Assembly (NCBI GenBank): GCA_032260385.1
Contig: JAVVEL010000001.1
Coordinates: 67,355-131,354 of the forward strand
Direction: 5' to 3'
From: Bacteroidales bacterium
GTDB lineage: Bacteria; Bacteroidota; Bacteroidia; Bacteroidales; VadinHA17
DNA length: 64,000 bases
In this document: in pieces, positions 55,956 through 64,000 of the stretch
Position numbering within the stretch: the stretch's first letter is position 1
Layout of the letters: each line of letters starts with the position of its first letter
Notes under the pieces: model-generated
Databases searched by the model: none
Told to the model about the DNA's origin: nothing
What the model saw: the letters and a program-made list of their open reading frames with translations, nothing else
Translations under genes and position numbers: made by a program

Positions 55956-57291
55956 AATGATGAGAATAAGGTGTTTAAGCTTAATGTTATTAACATTCAT
56001 GTTTACTGCATCAAAGGCCCAGGAGGCTGACAGTGTTCTTACGCTGTCACTCCCGGAAGCACAGGAATACGCAGTGGAGCATAATAAAATGGTAAAGGCA
56101 TCGCGCTATGATGTGCAGGCCGCGGAGATGTCTAAATGGGAGGTCATATCAAACGGACTTCCCAGGCTTGATGGCAGTGGTTCATTAAATGACAACCTTA
56201 AATTAATGACCACATTGCTGCCCGGAGAAATCATTGGTCAGCCCGGGGAAAAGATACCAGTTCAATTTGGCTCCAAGTACAATAGCTCCTACGGTTTCCA
56301 GGCCACACAGATGATCTTCAATGCCCCTTATTTTGTTGGCATTAAAACGGTCAAACTGGCTGAGAAAATGAGCCAGCAGTTACTGGAAAAATCAGAGATA
56401 GATATCAGGGAGCAGGTTATAAATACCTATTACCTGATTCTGATCTCACGGGAATCTCTTGATATACTGAATGGTACAAGTGAAAACCTCAGGGAGGTAT
56501 ACCGGTCAACAAAATCTATGAAAGAGGTAGGTATGGCTGAAGAAACTGATGTAGACCAGATGCTTTCGAATGTAAGGGGACTTGAAACCAATATTCGCTC
56601 AATGGAGAGGAACCTCGAATTCAGCTATAATCTGCTGAGATTCCAGCTGGGTGTAGATATGGATACAGATATTGAACTAACTACCGGCCTTCAGGACTTA
56701 CTGGACGAGGCAAGCATTGAAAGTTTGATGGAAAGTGACTTTAACCTTCAGCAGCATATTGATTTCAGGCTTACAGAGAGCCAGGTACAGATGCAGGAGC
56801 TGACACTTAAAAATGAAAAGGCCAGTATATTACCTTCTTTATCAACTTTCTATTCATGGAATAAAAATGGCATGGGTGACAAGCTCAATGACATGAGATG
56901 GTTCCCTAATTCAATGCTGGGTTTCCAGGTGTCAATACCAATATTTGCCAGCGGCCAGCGCTACTCGAGGATAAAGAGAGCACAGATAGATCTGGAGAAG
57001 GCACAAACCAATAAAAACCTCGTTGAAGATCAGCTGAGACTGCAGGAAAAGCAGCTTCGTTTCAACCTGATAAATGCCCGTGACCAGTATGATACTCAGA
57101 AAGAGAATGTAGAAGTAGCATACCGTGTTTATGAAAGCATTGAAAACAAATACAGGCAGGGTGTGGCCTCAAGCCTCGATCTAACCCAGGCTCATAATAA
57201 TTATCTACAGGCCGAAAATAATTATGTCAGTGCACTCATGGACCTGCTCCAGACAAAGCTGGCACTTGATAAATTACTTAACAATATTTAA
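55948..57291 (+). CDS. TolC-family outer-membrane efflux protein
   Basis: Signal peptide and two OEP repeats, in operon position before the MFP and RND genes. Length is 447 aa. Confidence 0.85.
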   Translation: MYRMMRIRCLSLMLLTFMFTASKAQEADSVLTLSLPEAQEYAVEHNKMVKASRYDVQAAEMSKWEVISNGLPRLDGSGSLNDNLKLMTTLLPGEIIGQPGEKIPVQFGSKYNSSYGFQATQMIFNAPYFVGIKTVKLAEKMSQQLLEKSEIDIREQVINTYYLILISRESLDILNGTSENLREVYRSTKSMKEVGMAEETDVDQMLSNVRGLETNIRSMERNLEFSYNLLRFQLGVDMDTDIELTTGLQDLLDEASIESLMESDFNLQQHIDFRLTESQVQMQELTLKNEKASILPSLSTFYSWNKNGMGDKLNDMRWFPNSMLGFQVSIPIFASGQRYSRIKRAQIDLEKAQTNKNLVEDQLRLQEKQLRFNLINARDQYDTQKENVEVAYRVYESIENKYRQGVASSLDLTQAHNNYLQAENNYVSALMDLLQTKLALDKLLNNI

Positions 57292-57293
57292 GA

Positions 57294-58379
57294 ATGTCAA
57301 AAATATTAAATACAAGAAATATGAAGTCCATAAAATTATTGCCAGTTATATTAGTACTGACAGCTGTTATTACAGGATGTAATCAGCAGAACCGGGCCGG
57401 TCAACAGGCTTTGGCAGAAACTGAAACGGCCGGATCTGAAATTGTCGTTAGAACAAAGGCCCTTGAATTATCAACCATTGCCAGAACAATTGATTATTCG
57501 GCAAGCCTTGAGGCTTTCGAGGAGGTTCACCTTGCGCCTGCCTCCCCGGGAAGGATAAACAATATCTATGTAGAACCCGGTGACAGGGTCAGCAAAGGAC
57601 AGAAGTTATTTGTTATGGATCAGACACAGTTACATCAGGCAGAGATACAGCTTGAGAACCTGAAAACAGACCTTCAGCGCATATCTACACTACTGGAAAC
57701 CGGTGATATACCTCAGCAACAGTATGACCAGGTGAAAACCCAGGTTGAAGTCACTACAAGTAATGTTGAATTCCTGAGGGAAAATACGATGATTTTTGCT
57801 CCCTTCCCGGGTGTGATTATAGGCAAATATTTTGAGAATGGAGAAATGTACAGTGGCGCTCCTAACACCCAGGCCGGGAAAGCAGCGGTAGTTACCCTCA
57901 TGCAAATAAATCCCGTTAAGGCTGTCGTTTATATTTCAGAGCAATATATGCCCCTGCTTAAAAAAGGTATGGATGCAAAAATAGTTGCGGATGTATACGA
58001 AGGGGAGGACTTCAGTGGTAAGGTAAGCCTGATTTATCCTGTTGTAAATCCGCTGACGAGGTCTTTTGAGATAGAAATAACCGTGCCAAATAACAGCATG
58101 AAACTCAAACCCGGGATGTTTGTAAGGGTATCGATGTTTCTTGGTGAAGAAGAAGCTTTTGTCGTTCCTTCCAATGTTGTGCTTCAGCAGGAGGGGACAA
58201 ATAACAGGTATGTTTTCGTTGACAGGGACGGTACAGCCAAAAGATACCAGGTTCAACTGGGTAAGCGTTATGACGAAATGGTTGAAATAATAAGTGATGA
58301 GCTTGGAGCCGGTGACATGCTGATCGTTAATGGACACACCAAGCTCACAACCGGTGATAAAATAAATGTAGTTAATTAA
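57294..58379 (+). CDS. Efflux RND transporter periplasmic adaptor subunit
   Basis: Lipoprotein-like N-terminus (LTAVITGC) and a biotinyl/lipoyl-like hairpin pattern (V..GD.V.KGQ.LF..D) with coiled-coil and barrel regions. Confidence 0.88.
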   Translation: MSKILNTRNMKSIKLLPVILVLTAVITGCNQQNRAGQQALAETETAGSEIVVRTKALELSTIARTIDYSASLEAFEEVHLAPASPGRINNIYVEPGDRVSKGQKLFVMDQTQLHQAEIQLENLKTDLQRISTLLETGDIPQQQYDQVKTQVEVTTSNVEFLRENTMIFAPFPGVIIGKYFENGEMYSGAPNTQAGKAAVVTLMQINPVKAVVYISEQYMPLLKKGMDAKIVADVYEGEDFSGKVSLIYPVVNPLTRSFEIEITVPNNSMKLKPGMFVRVSMFLGEEEAFVVPSNVVLQQEGTNNRYVFVDRDGTAKRYQVQLGKRYDEMVEIISDELGAGDMLIVNGHTKLTTGDKINVVN

Positions 58380-58397
58380 TAATAAGCATAATATCAT

Positions 58398-61300
58398 ATG
58401 AGTATATATAGTAGCGCAGTAAAAAGACCACTCACAACCATCCTGATTTTTATAGCTTTGATGGTTGTGGGGATATACTCTCTCACCAGGCTGCCTGTGG
58501 ATCTCTATCCGGAAATTGAATTACCCTTCCTGACAGTTTTTACCTCCTATCCTGGGGCAAGTGCTTCAGATATAGAGACCAATGTGACCGATTTACTGGA
58601 GGACCAGTTAAATACGGTAAGCAACCTTAAAGAGATTACGTCTATATCAAGTGATAATACTTCAATAATTTTCCTCGAATTTGAGTACGAGACTAATCTG
58701 GATGAGGCTTCAAACGAAGTAAGGGATGCGATGAATTTCATAATAAACTTCCTCCCGGAAGATGCTGAAGATCCCACCATCCTGAAATTTAACTCCAGTA
58801 TGATGCCCATAATATTTTATGCCATCACTGCAGATGAGAGTTATGAAGGATTGGAAAAGATACTGGATGAGAAGGTGGTGAATCCTCTTAACAGGATTGA
58901 AGGAATCGGTTCGGTAGGTATTGCCGGGGCCCCGGGCAGGGAAATATACGTGGAAATAGACCCCCGCAAGCTTGAAGCATACAATATGACTGTTGAACAG
59001 ATAGGTAGCATCCTTATGGCCGAAAACCTTAATACCCCGGCAGGATACCTTGAAATGGGTGATCTTGACTATCCCCTTCGTATCCAGGGTGAATTTATTG
59101 ACAGCGATGTCCTTAAAGACATCGTGGTCGGAAGCTATAATGGGAATACCATTTATCTGAGTGATATTGCTGATATTAAGGATACCGTCCGTGACACCAA
59201 GCTGGAAGAACGAATAAATGGTGAACTGGGCATGCGTATGTTTGTCCAGAAACAGTCCGGGGGGAACACAGTGGAGGTGGCCAGGGAAGTGAGAAAAACT
59301 CTCAAAGAGCTGGAAAAAGATCTTCCTCCTGATGTCAGGATAGAACCTATCCTGGATTCATCAGAATTCATCGTAGGGTCAATAAAAAACCTCACGAATG
59401 CACTTCTGTTTGCCGGCATATTTGTGGTGCTTGTGGTGCTCTTCTTCCTGGGCAGGTGGAGGGCAACATTCATTGTTATCCTTACTATACCGATATCCCT
59501 GATAGTTGCCTTCATTTACCTTTTTGTATCAGGCAATTCCATTAATATCATTTCCCTCTCATCATTGTCAATAGCCATTGGTATGGTGGTTGATGATGCA
59601 ATTGTTATACTTGAAAATATTACCAGGCACATTGAGAGGAAAAGCCATCCCCGTGAAGCTGCTATATATGCTACAAATGAGGTCTGGCTTGCTGTGATAG
59701 TGACTACACTCACAGTGGTTGCCGTATTCTTTCCATTAACCTTCGTGGGTGGTTTGACAGGCGTGCTTTTCAAACAGCTGGGACTTATTGTTACCCTGAC
59801 CGTTGTTACATCAACAATAGCAGCCATCACTCTTACACCAACACTTAGCTCCCTGCTTCTGAAAATGCGTGTAAATAATAAACCCCGTCGCAGGTTTAGC
59901 TATGATAATACAATCAGGAAAGGACTTGATCGTTTTGAAGGATTCTATGGATCAACACTGGGGTGGGCACTACGTCATAAGGTCATGGTAACAGTTGCCT
60001 CAGTAATTGTATTTGCTGGATCGATAGGCCTGCTGAGCTTTGTTGGCACTGAGTTCATTCCCCAGGCCGATGAGTCAAGTTTAACAGCGAACATTGAGTT
60101 GCAGACCGGTACAAGAGTGAGTGTTACAAAGGAAGTGACAGAGAAGCTTGCTGATATTATTGATACATCATTTCCCGAAGTGGAGATCGTATCATCATCA
60201 ACCGGAACAGGCGAAGGTATAAATTTTGCTTCCTTGTTCTCAACTTCCGGAACACATACAATATCCTATACACTTCGCCTCTCTGAAGTAGAGGAAAGGG
60301 AAAGAAGCGTATGGGACATAGCCGAGGCCTTCCGCCAGGAACTGGCTCAATTCCCTGAAATTGTTAACTTCCAGGTTAATGCCGGTGGCGGAGGAGGTAT
60401 GGGTTTTATGGGTAATAATATTGAAGTAGATGTTTATGGTTACAATATTGCCGAAACAAACGTGGTGGCAGAAGAGCTTGCCTCAAGGATCAGCCTTGTT
60501 GAAGGAGCCAAAGATGTCCAGCTAAGTCGCGATCCGTCAAAGCCGGAGCTTCAGATTGTCCTTGACCAGAATAAATTGATAAGACATGGCCTGAATACTG
60601 CCACTGTTTCAAATGCCATAAAAAACAGGGTTGCCGGTATGACAGCCACGCGGCTGAGGCAGTTCGGTGATGAATACGATGTGGTTGTCAGATTTAAGGA
60701 AGAGTCAAGGAATTCTATTACCGACGTTCTGAATATAAGTATTATGAACAGCCAGGGGCAGAGCGTAAAACTGGGAGAAATAGCTGAGGTCAAAGAATAC
60801 CTGTCGCCGCCCAATATTGAACATAAAAGGAGACAGAGGGTCCTGACAGTCTCAGCAACACCTTACCAGCGTGCGCTCGGTGACATAGCAAATGATATAG
60901 AACAGATTATTGCTGATCTTGAAACACCGTCAGGTGTACAGGTGGAAATGTCAGGTACTATTGAGGAACAGGCTGAATCTTTTATGGATCTCGGACTCCT
61001 GATGTTGGTCAGCCTTGTACTTGTATATCTTGTTATGGCCTCCCAGTTTGAATCCTTGAAAATGCCCCTGATAATCATGTTTTCAATACCATTCTCATTC
61101 GCGGGTGTTGCAATCGCACTTTTCATTACTGGCACAACACTGAACCTTATTGCAGGAATAGGTGCTGTTATGCTTATAGGTATTGTGGTTAAGAATGCTA
61201 TTGTACTTGTTGATTTCATTAACCTCCAGCGCGACAGGGGACTTGAACTGTATGAGGCTGTAATAGTATCAGGCCGCTCAAGGTTAAGACCTGTACTGAT

Positions 61301-61541
61301 GACTTCAACCACTACCATTTTAGCGATGCTCCCTCTGGCCCTGAGTATAGGTGAAGGATCAGAAATATGGAGCCCGATGGGTGTATCCGTGATAGGCGGT
61401 CTTATATTTTCCACCATGGTTACACTGGTACTTGTTCCCATTGTATATGTGATATTTGCCAGGAGAGGAGAAAGGGATAAGAAACGTAAATCAAGGGATA
61501 AATATAATTTCCTTAATGGAACTGAAGTGACAGACAGTTAA
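58398..61541 (+). CDS. Efflux RND transporter permease (AcrB/HAE1-like)
   Basis: 1047 aa with 12-TM architecture and conserved TM4 (GMVVDDAIVILENI) and TM10 (VVKNAIVLVDF) motifs. Confidence 0.95.
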   Translation: MSIYSSAVKRPLTTILIFIALMVVGIYSLTRLPVDLYPEIELPFLTVFTSYPGASASDIETNVTDLLEDQLNTVSNLKEITSISSDNTSIIFLEFEYETNLDEASNEVRDAMNFIINFLPEDAEDPTILKFNSSMMPIIFYAITADESYEGLEKILDEKVVNPLNRIEGIGSVGIAGAPGREIYVEIDPRKLEAYNMTVEQIGSILMAENLNTPAGYLEMGDLDYPLRIQGEFIDSDVLKDIVVGSYNGNTIYLSDIADIKDTVRDTKLEERINGELGMRMFVQKQSGGNTVEVAREVRKTLKELEKDLPPDVRIEPILDSSEFIVGSIKNLTNALLFAGIFVVLVVLFFLGRWRATFIVILTIPISLIVAFIYLFVSGNSINIISLSSLSIAIGMVVDDAIVILENITRHIERKSHPREAAIYATNEVWLAVIVTTLTVVAVFFPLTFVGGLTGVLFKQLGLIVTLTVVTSTIAAITLTPTLSSLLLKMRVNNKPRRRFSYDNTIRKGLDRFEGFYGSTLGWALRHKVMVTVASVIVFAGSIGLLSFVGTEFIPQADESSLTANIELQTGTRVSVTKEVTEKLADIIDTSFPEVEIVSSSTGTGEGINFASLFSTSGTHTISYTLRLSEVEERERSVWDIAEAFRQELAQFPEIVNFQVNAGGGGGMGFMGNNIEVDVYGYNIAETNVVAEELASRISLVEGAKDVQLSRDPSKPELQIVLDQNKLIRHGLNTATVSNAIKNRVAGMTATRLRQFGDEYDVVVRFKEESRNSITDVLNISIMNSQGQSVKLGEIAEVKEYLSPPNIEHKRRQRVLTVSATPYQRALGDIANDIEQIIADLETPSGVQVEMSGTIEEQAESFMDLGLLMLVSLVLVYLVMASQFESLKMPLIIMFSIPFSFAGVAIALFITGTTLNLIAGIGAVMLIGIVVKNAIVLVDFINLQRDRGLELYEAVIVSGRSRLRPVLMTSTTTILAMLPLALSIGEGSEIWSPMGVSVIGGLIFSTMVTLVLVPIVYVIFARRGERDKKRKSRDKYNFLNGTEVTDS

Positions 61542-61556
61542 TAAATATAAAGAAAA

Positions 61557-61850
61557 ATGAAAGCAGTATTTATAGTATATAACCAGGCTCATAATGAGAA
61601 AGTTGATTTCATACTCGACAGTTTTGGCATAAGCGGTTATTCCGAATGGAACAATATGAAGGGAAGAGGCAGCAGGGGAGGTGTTCCACACCTTGGCACA
61701 CATACATGGCCTGAAATTAATTCAGCAACACTTACTATCATTGAAGATGACCAGGTTGATAAGTTGCTCGATGCAGTCAGGAAGATGGATGAATTGAATA
61801 CCGATGTTGGTGCCAGGGCTTTTGTGTGGGATATTACCGCTATGGTTTAA
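61557..61850 (+). CDS. Small P-II-like transporter-associated protein (PG0541-family-like)
   Basis: 97 aa immediately after the RND permease. The beta-alpha-beta pattern MKAVFIVYNQAHNEKV...L...G..GY... resembles the P-II/DUF3240-like proteins found after RND pumps. The family name is from memory. Confidence 0.5.
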   Translation: MKAVFIVYNQAHNEKVDFILDSFGISGYSEWNNMKGRGSRGGVPHLGTHTWPEINSATLTIIEDDQVDKLLDAVRKMDELNTDVGARAFVWDITAMV

Positions 61851-61853
61851 TTG

Positions 61854-62534
61854 TTACATATTATTGAGGAATTCCACTGCCTTAACAATATCCTCCTCGT
61901 TCCTTATTTTCAGCTTCCTCTCATTAAAGAAGTTCTTTAATACCTTTTCTTTATCACCGGCTATTTCGAACAGGCTGCGTTTATTATTAATGAAAACAGG
62001 GGGATTCTCACCGTGAGCAATGAAGAATAAGGGATCCCTGTCTTGAAACATTGCAGGCTTTGGATCCATATAGGGCTGTGCAGGTTCTGCTTCCTTAAAT
62101 ACAACCTGGTGTTTCTTAAACAGACTATAGCTGCCTTTGGTAACCAGTTCGAGGTAGCCTTCTCCTTCAGTAGAGAGGTAGTCATATTTTGAATATATGA
62201 AATGGTGCCCGGGAAATTTTACTTCTGATACTATTCCGCCGGGTTTAAGGTTATACACGGCATCTTCCATCTGCACCTCAAAAAGATCATAGTAAGCATT
62301 ATATCTGAGCGGGACTTTTTCAAATACCTGGTTTTCGGATGAGGTAATGCTTGCCTCGGTGAATCCCTCCTCCATGTAAGGTGAACCTTCGTAGTTGCCT
62401 ATTTCACCTTTTACAGCCTGTCTGTTGAGAAGCTCGTCATAGAACCTCTGACCTTCCGCACCAAGCCAGAGGTTCTGGGATGTTGCGGACAGGGCTATAA
62501 TTGAAATAACTATACTTAAATATATTTTTTTCAT
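61854..62534 (-). CDS. Hypothetical secreted protein
   Basis: The internal ATG at 62534 gives the signal peptide MKKIYLSIVISIIALSATSQ. The longer track ORF (to 62675) overlaps the EF-G gene end and its terminator. Confidence 0.6.
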   Translation of the reverse strand: MKKIYLSIVISIIALSATSQNLWLGAEGQRFYDELLNRQAVKGEIGNYEGSPYMEEGFTEASITSSENQVFEKVPLRYNAYYDLFEVQMEDAVYNLKPGGIVSEVKFPGHHFIYSKYDYLSTEGEGYLELVTKGSYSLFKKHQVVFKEAEPAQPYMDPKPAMFQDRDPLFFIAHGENPPVFINNKRSLFEIAGDKEKVLKNFFNERKLKIRNEEDIVKAVEFLNNM

Positions 62535-62577
62535 GGTAATCCTGTTTTTATTTATTACAAAGGTAGTGAATTGACAG

Positions 62578-62606
62578 AAAAAAGGCACGGATAAAATATC
62601 CATGCC
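62578..62606 (-). terminator. Rho-independent terminator after the EF-G-like gene
   Basis: On the minus strand: GGCATGGA-TATTTTA-TCCGTGCC (8-bp stem, one G-U pair) followed by T6. Confidence 0.65.
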
Positions 62607-62649
62607 CTCATTTATTCTGTGTAATTTGTGCCAATATGAGCAATCAGTC

Positions 62650-64000
62650 TTATTCTTCTTCCTGTTCTGCTGCATATGCCTTTATTACTGCATCCTGGAC
62701 ATCAGCCGGGACAGGGACATATTCAGCAAATTTCATGGTATACATGGCACGCCCTCCCGTAAGGGAACTGAGTGCCGTGGAATACTTATTCATTTCGGCC
62801 AGTGGTACCTTTGCCTTTACCACTTCAAAGCCTTTTTCACTGCTCATTCCCAGAACCATGCCACGGCGACCCTGGAGGTCACTTATTACGTCGCCCATCC
62901 TGTCTGAAGGTACCCTTATCTCGACGTCGTATACAGGTTCAAGTATTTTAGGGCTGGCAGCCTTGAAGGCAGTACTGAAGGCATTACGGCCGGCGAGTTT
63001 AAAGGATATCTCGTTCGAGTCAACCGGGTGCATCTTGCCGTCATAAACATATACTCTTATATCACGTGCATAGGATCCGGTGAGAGGCCCTTCTTCCATT
63101 TTTTCCATTAAACCCTTGAGTATGGCAGGCATAAAGCGTGCATCAATAGATCCTCCCACTATACAGTTCACATATTCAAGCGTGCCTCCCCATTCCAGCT
63201 TATGTTCCTCCTTGTTCCTGACCGACAGCTTATATTCCTTGCCATCGATCTTCATGGCAGGATTAGGTGATGAACCTTCCTCATAGGGTTCAATTATCAT
63301 ATGTACTTCACCAAACTGGCCTGCACCACCTGATTGCTTCTTATGCCTGTAGTCGGCCTGGGCTGCCTTTGTAATGGTTTCCCGGTATGGTATTTTTGGA
63401 GCATAGAATTCAGTTTCGATCTTGAATATATTATCAAGGTGCCACTTCAGAATATTTAAGTGATATTCTCCCTGGCCATGAAGTATTATCTGCTTGAGTT
63501 CTTTTGAATATTCGACAAGGATTGTTGGATCTTCCTGGTGCATACGGCCAAGGGCTTCTCCAAGTTTCTCATCATCACCCTCACTGAGCGGTTTGACCGC
63601 TGTGCGGTATTTTGGTTCGGGGAATTGAATTTTCGGGAATTTCTGGTTGCCCTTGCTGTTAAGGGTGTTATTGGTCTTTGTGTTTTTCAATTTTACTACG
63701 GCACCTATATCACCCGCAACAAGTTCAGCTACCCTGGTCCTGTTTTTTCCTGCGCTGACATACAACTGCGATAAGCGTTCCTTGGTGCCATTATTGGCAT
63801 TAACCACGTCCAGGTTTTCTGTTACCTTACCGGAGATGACTTTAAAATAATTTATTTCCCCTATGTGTTCTTCCATTGATGACTTGAAAACAAACAATGA
63901 AACCGGCCCTTCGGGCTCGCACTTGACAGCCTTGCCATCCTCGCTTGTCCATTCAGGCATATCAGCACTTGCAGGGGCAACATTACATATGAATTCCATA
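62650..64000 (-). CDS. Elongation factor G family protein (domains II-V present; the N-terminal GTPase domain lies beyond the window end)
   Basis: RHKKQSGGAGQFGEVH (domain IV), PKIPYRETI and MEEGPLTGSYARDIRV are typical EF-G motifs. The ORF is open to base 64000. Confidence 0.88.
   Translation of the reverse strand, partial: MEFICNVAPASADMPEWTSEDGKAVKCEPEGPVSLFVFKSSMEEHIGEINYFKVISGKVTENLDVVNANNGTKERLSQLYVSAGKNRTRVAELVAGDIGAVVKLKNTKTNNTLNSKGNQKFPKIQFPEPKYRTAVKPLSEGDDEKLGEALGRMHQEDPTILVEYSKELKQIILHGQGEYHLNILKWHLDNIFKIETEFYAPKIPYRETITKAAQADYRHKKQSGGAGQFGEVHMIIEPYEEGSSPNPAMKIDGKEYKLSVRNKEEHKLEWGGTLEYVNCIVGGSIDARFMPAILKGLMEKMEEGPLTGSYARDIRVYVYDGKMHPVDSNEISFKLAGRNAFSTAFKAASPKILEPVYDVEIRVPSDRMGDVISDLQGRRGMVLGMSSEKGFEVVKAKVPLAEMNKYSTALSSLTGGRAMYTMKFAEYVPVPADVQDAVIKAYAAEQEEE

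Noticed and set aside
62535-62675. Upstream extension of the 61854.. minus-strand ORF (track start 62675)
   Set aside because: The extension would run through the EF-G terminator hairpin and overlap the EF-G stop. A canonical signal peptide begins at the internal ATG 62534.

Overview
This 64-kb window reads as a core-chromosome segment of a Bacteroidota genome, probably Bacteroidales/Marinilabiliales-like and anaerobic or microaerotolerant. The lineage call rests on several markers: a T9SS type-B C-terminal sorting domain, DUF4290/DUF4492/DUF5683 genes, a PG0541-type small protein after an RND pump, TTTG-N19-20-TAnnTTTG promoter motifs, no Shine-Dalgarno sequences, and a TPP-riboswitch-controlled TonB receptor/PnuT/thiamine pyrophosphokinase operon. 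About 58 densely packed protein genes are supported. They cover proteostasis (lon, ftsH, rsfS, dnaJ, grpE), phosphatidylethanolamine synthesis (cdsA, psd, pssA), an O2-scavenging block (fprA, DUF4492, cydAB), parAB, cell-wall genes (murA, a LysM lytic transglycosylase, an SGNH-MBOAT fusion) and hydF next to an aspartase-family gene. The rest include a sigma-54 activator, an ABC-2 exporter, a TetR-TolC-MFP-RND efflux operon and uvrD/pcrA. I found no rRNA, tRNA, CRISPR array, transposase, integrase or obvious defence island, so I cannot point to a clear-cut novel multi-gene system. The most unusual signals are as follows. (1) Short tandem repeats recur in intercistronic leaders and are almost free of G or of C on the sense strand. 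(2) A stand-alone eRF1-fold (baeRF-like) protein sits in a relatively AT-rich gene. (3) An orphan hydF is paired with an aspartase-like gene. (4) A sigma-54 activator lacks a DNA-binding domain and carries GSFTSA instead of GAFTGA. (5) A probable frameshift lies at a C4G5 run. (6) A fused SGNH-MBOAT O-acyltransferase lies next to a lytic transglycosylase. All functional calls come from motif and family recognition by eye; no searches were run.
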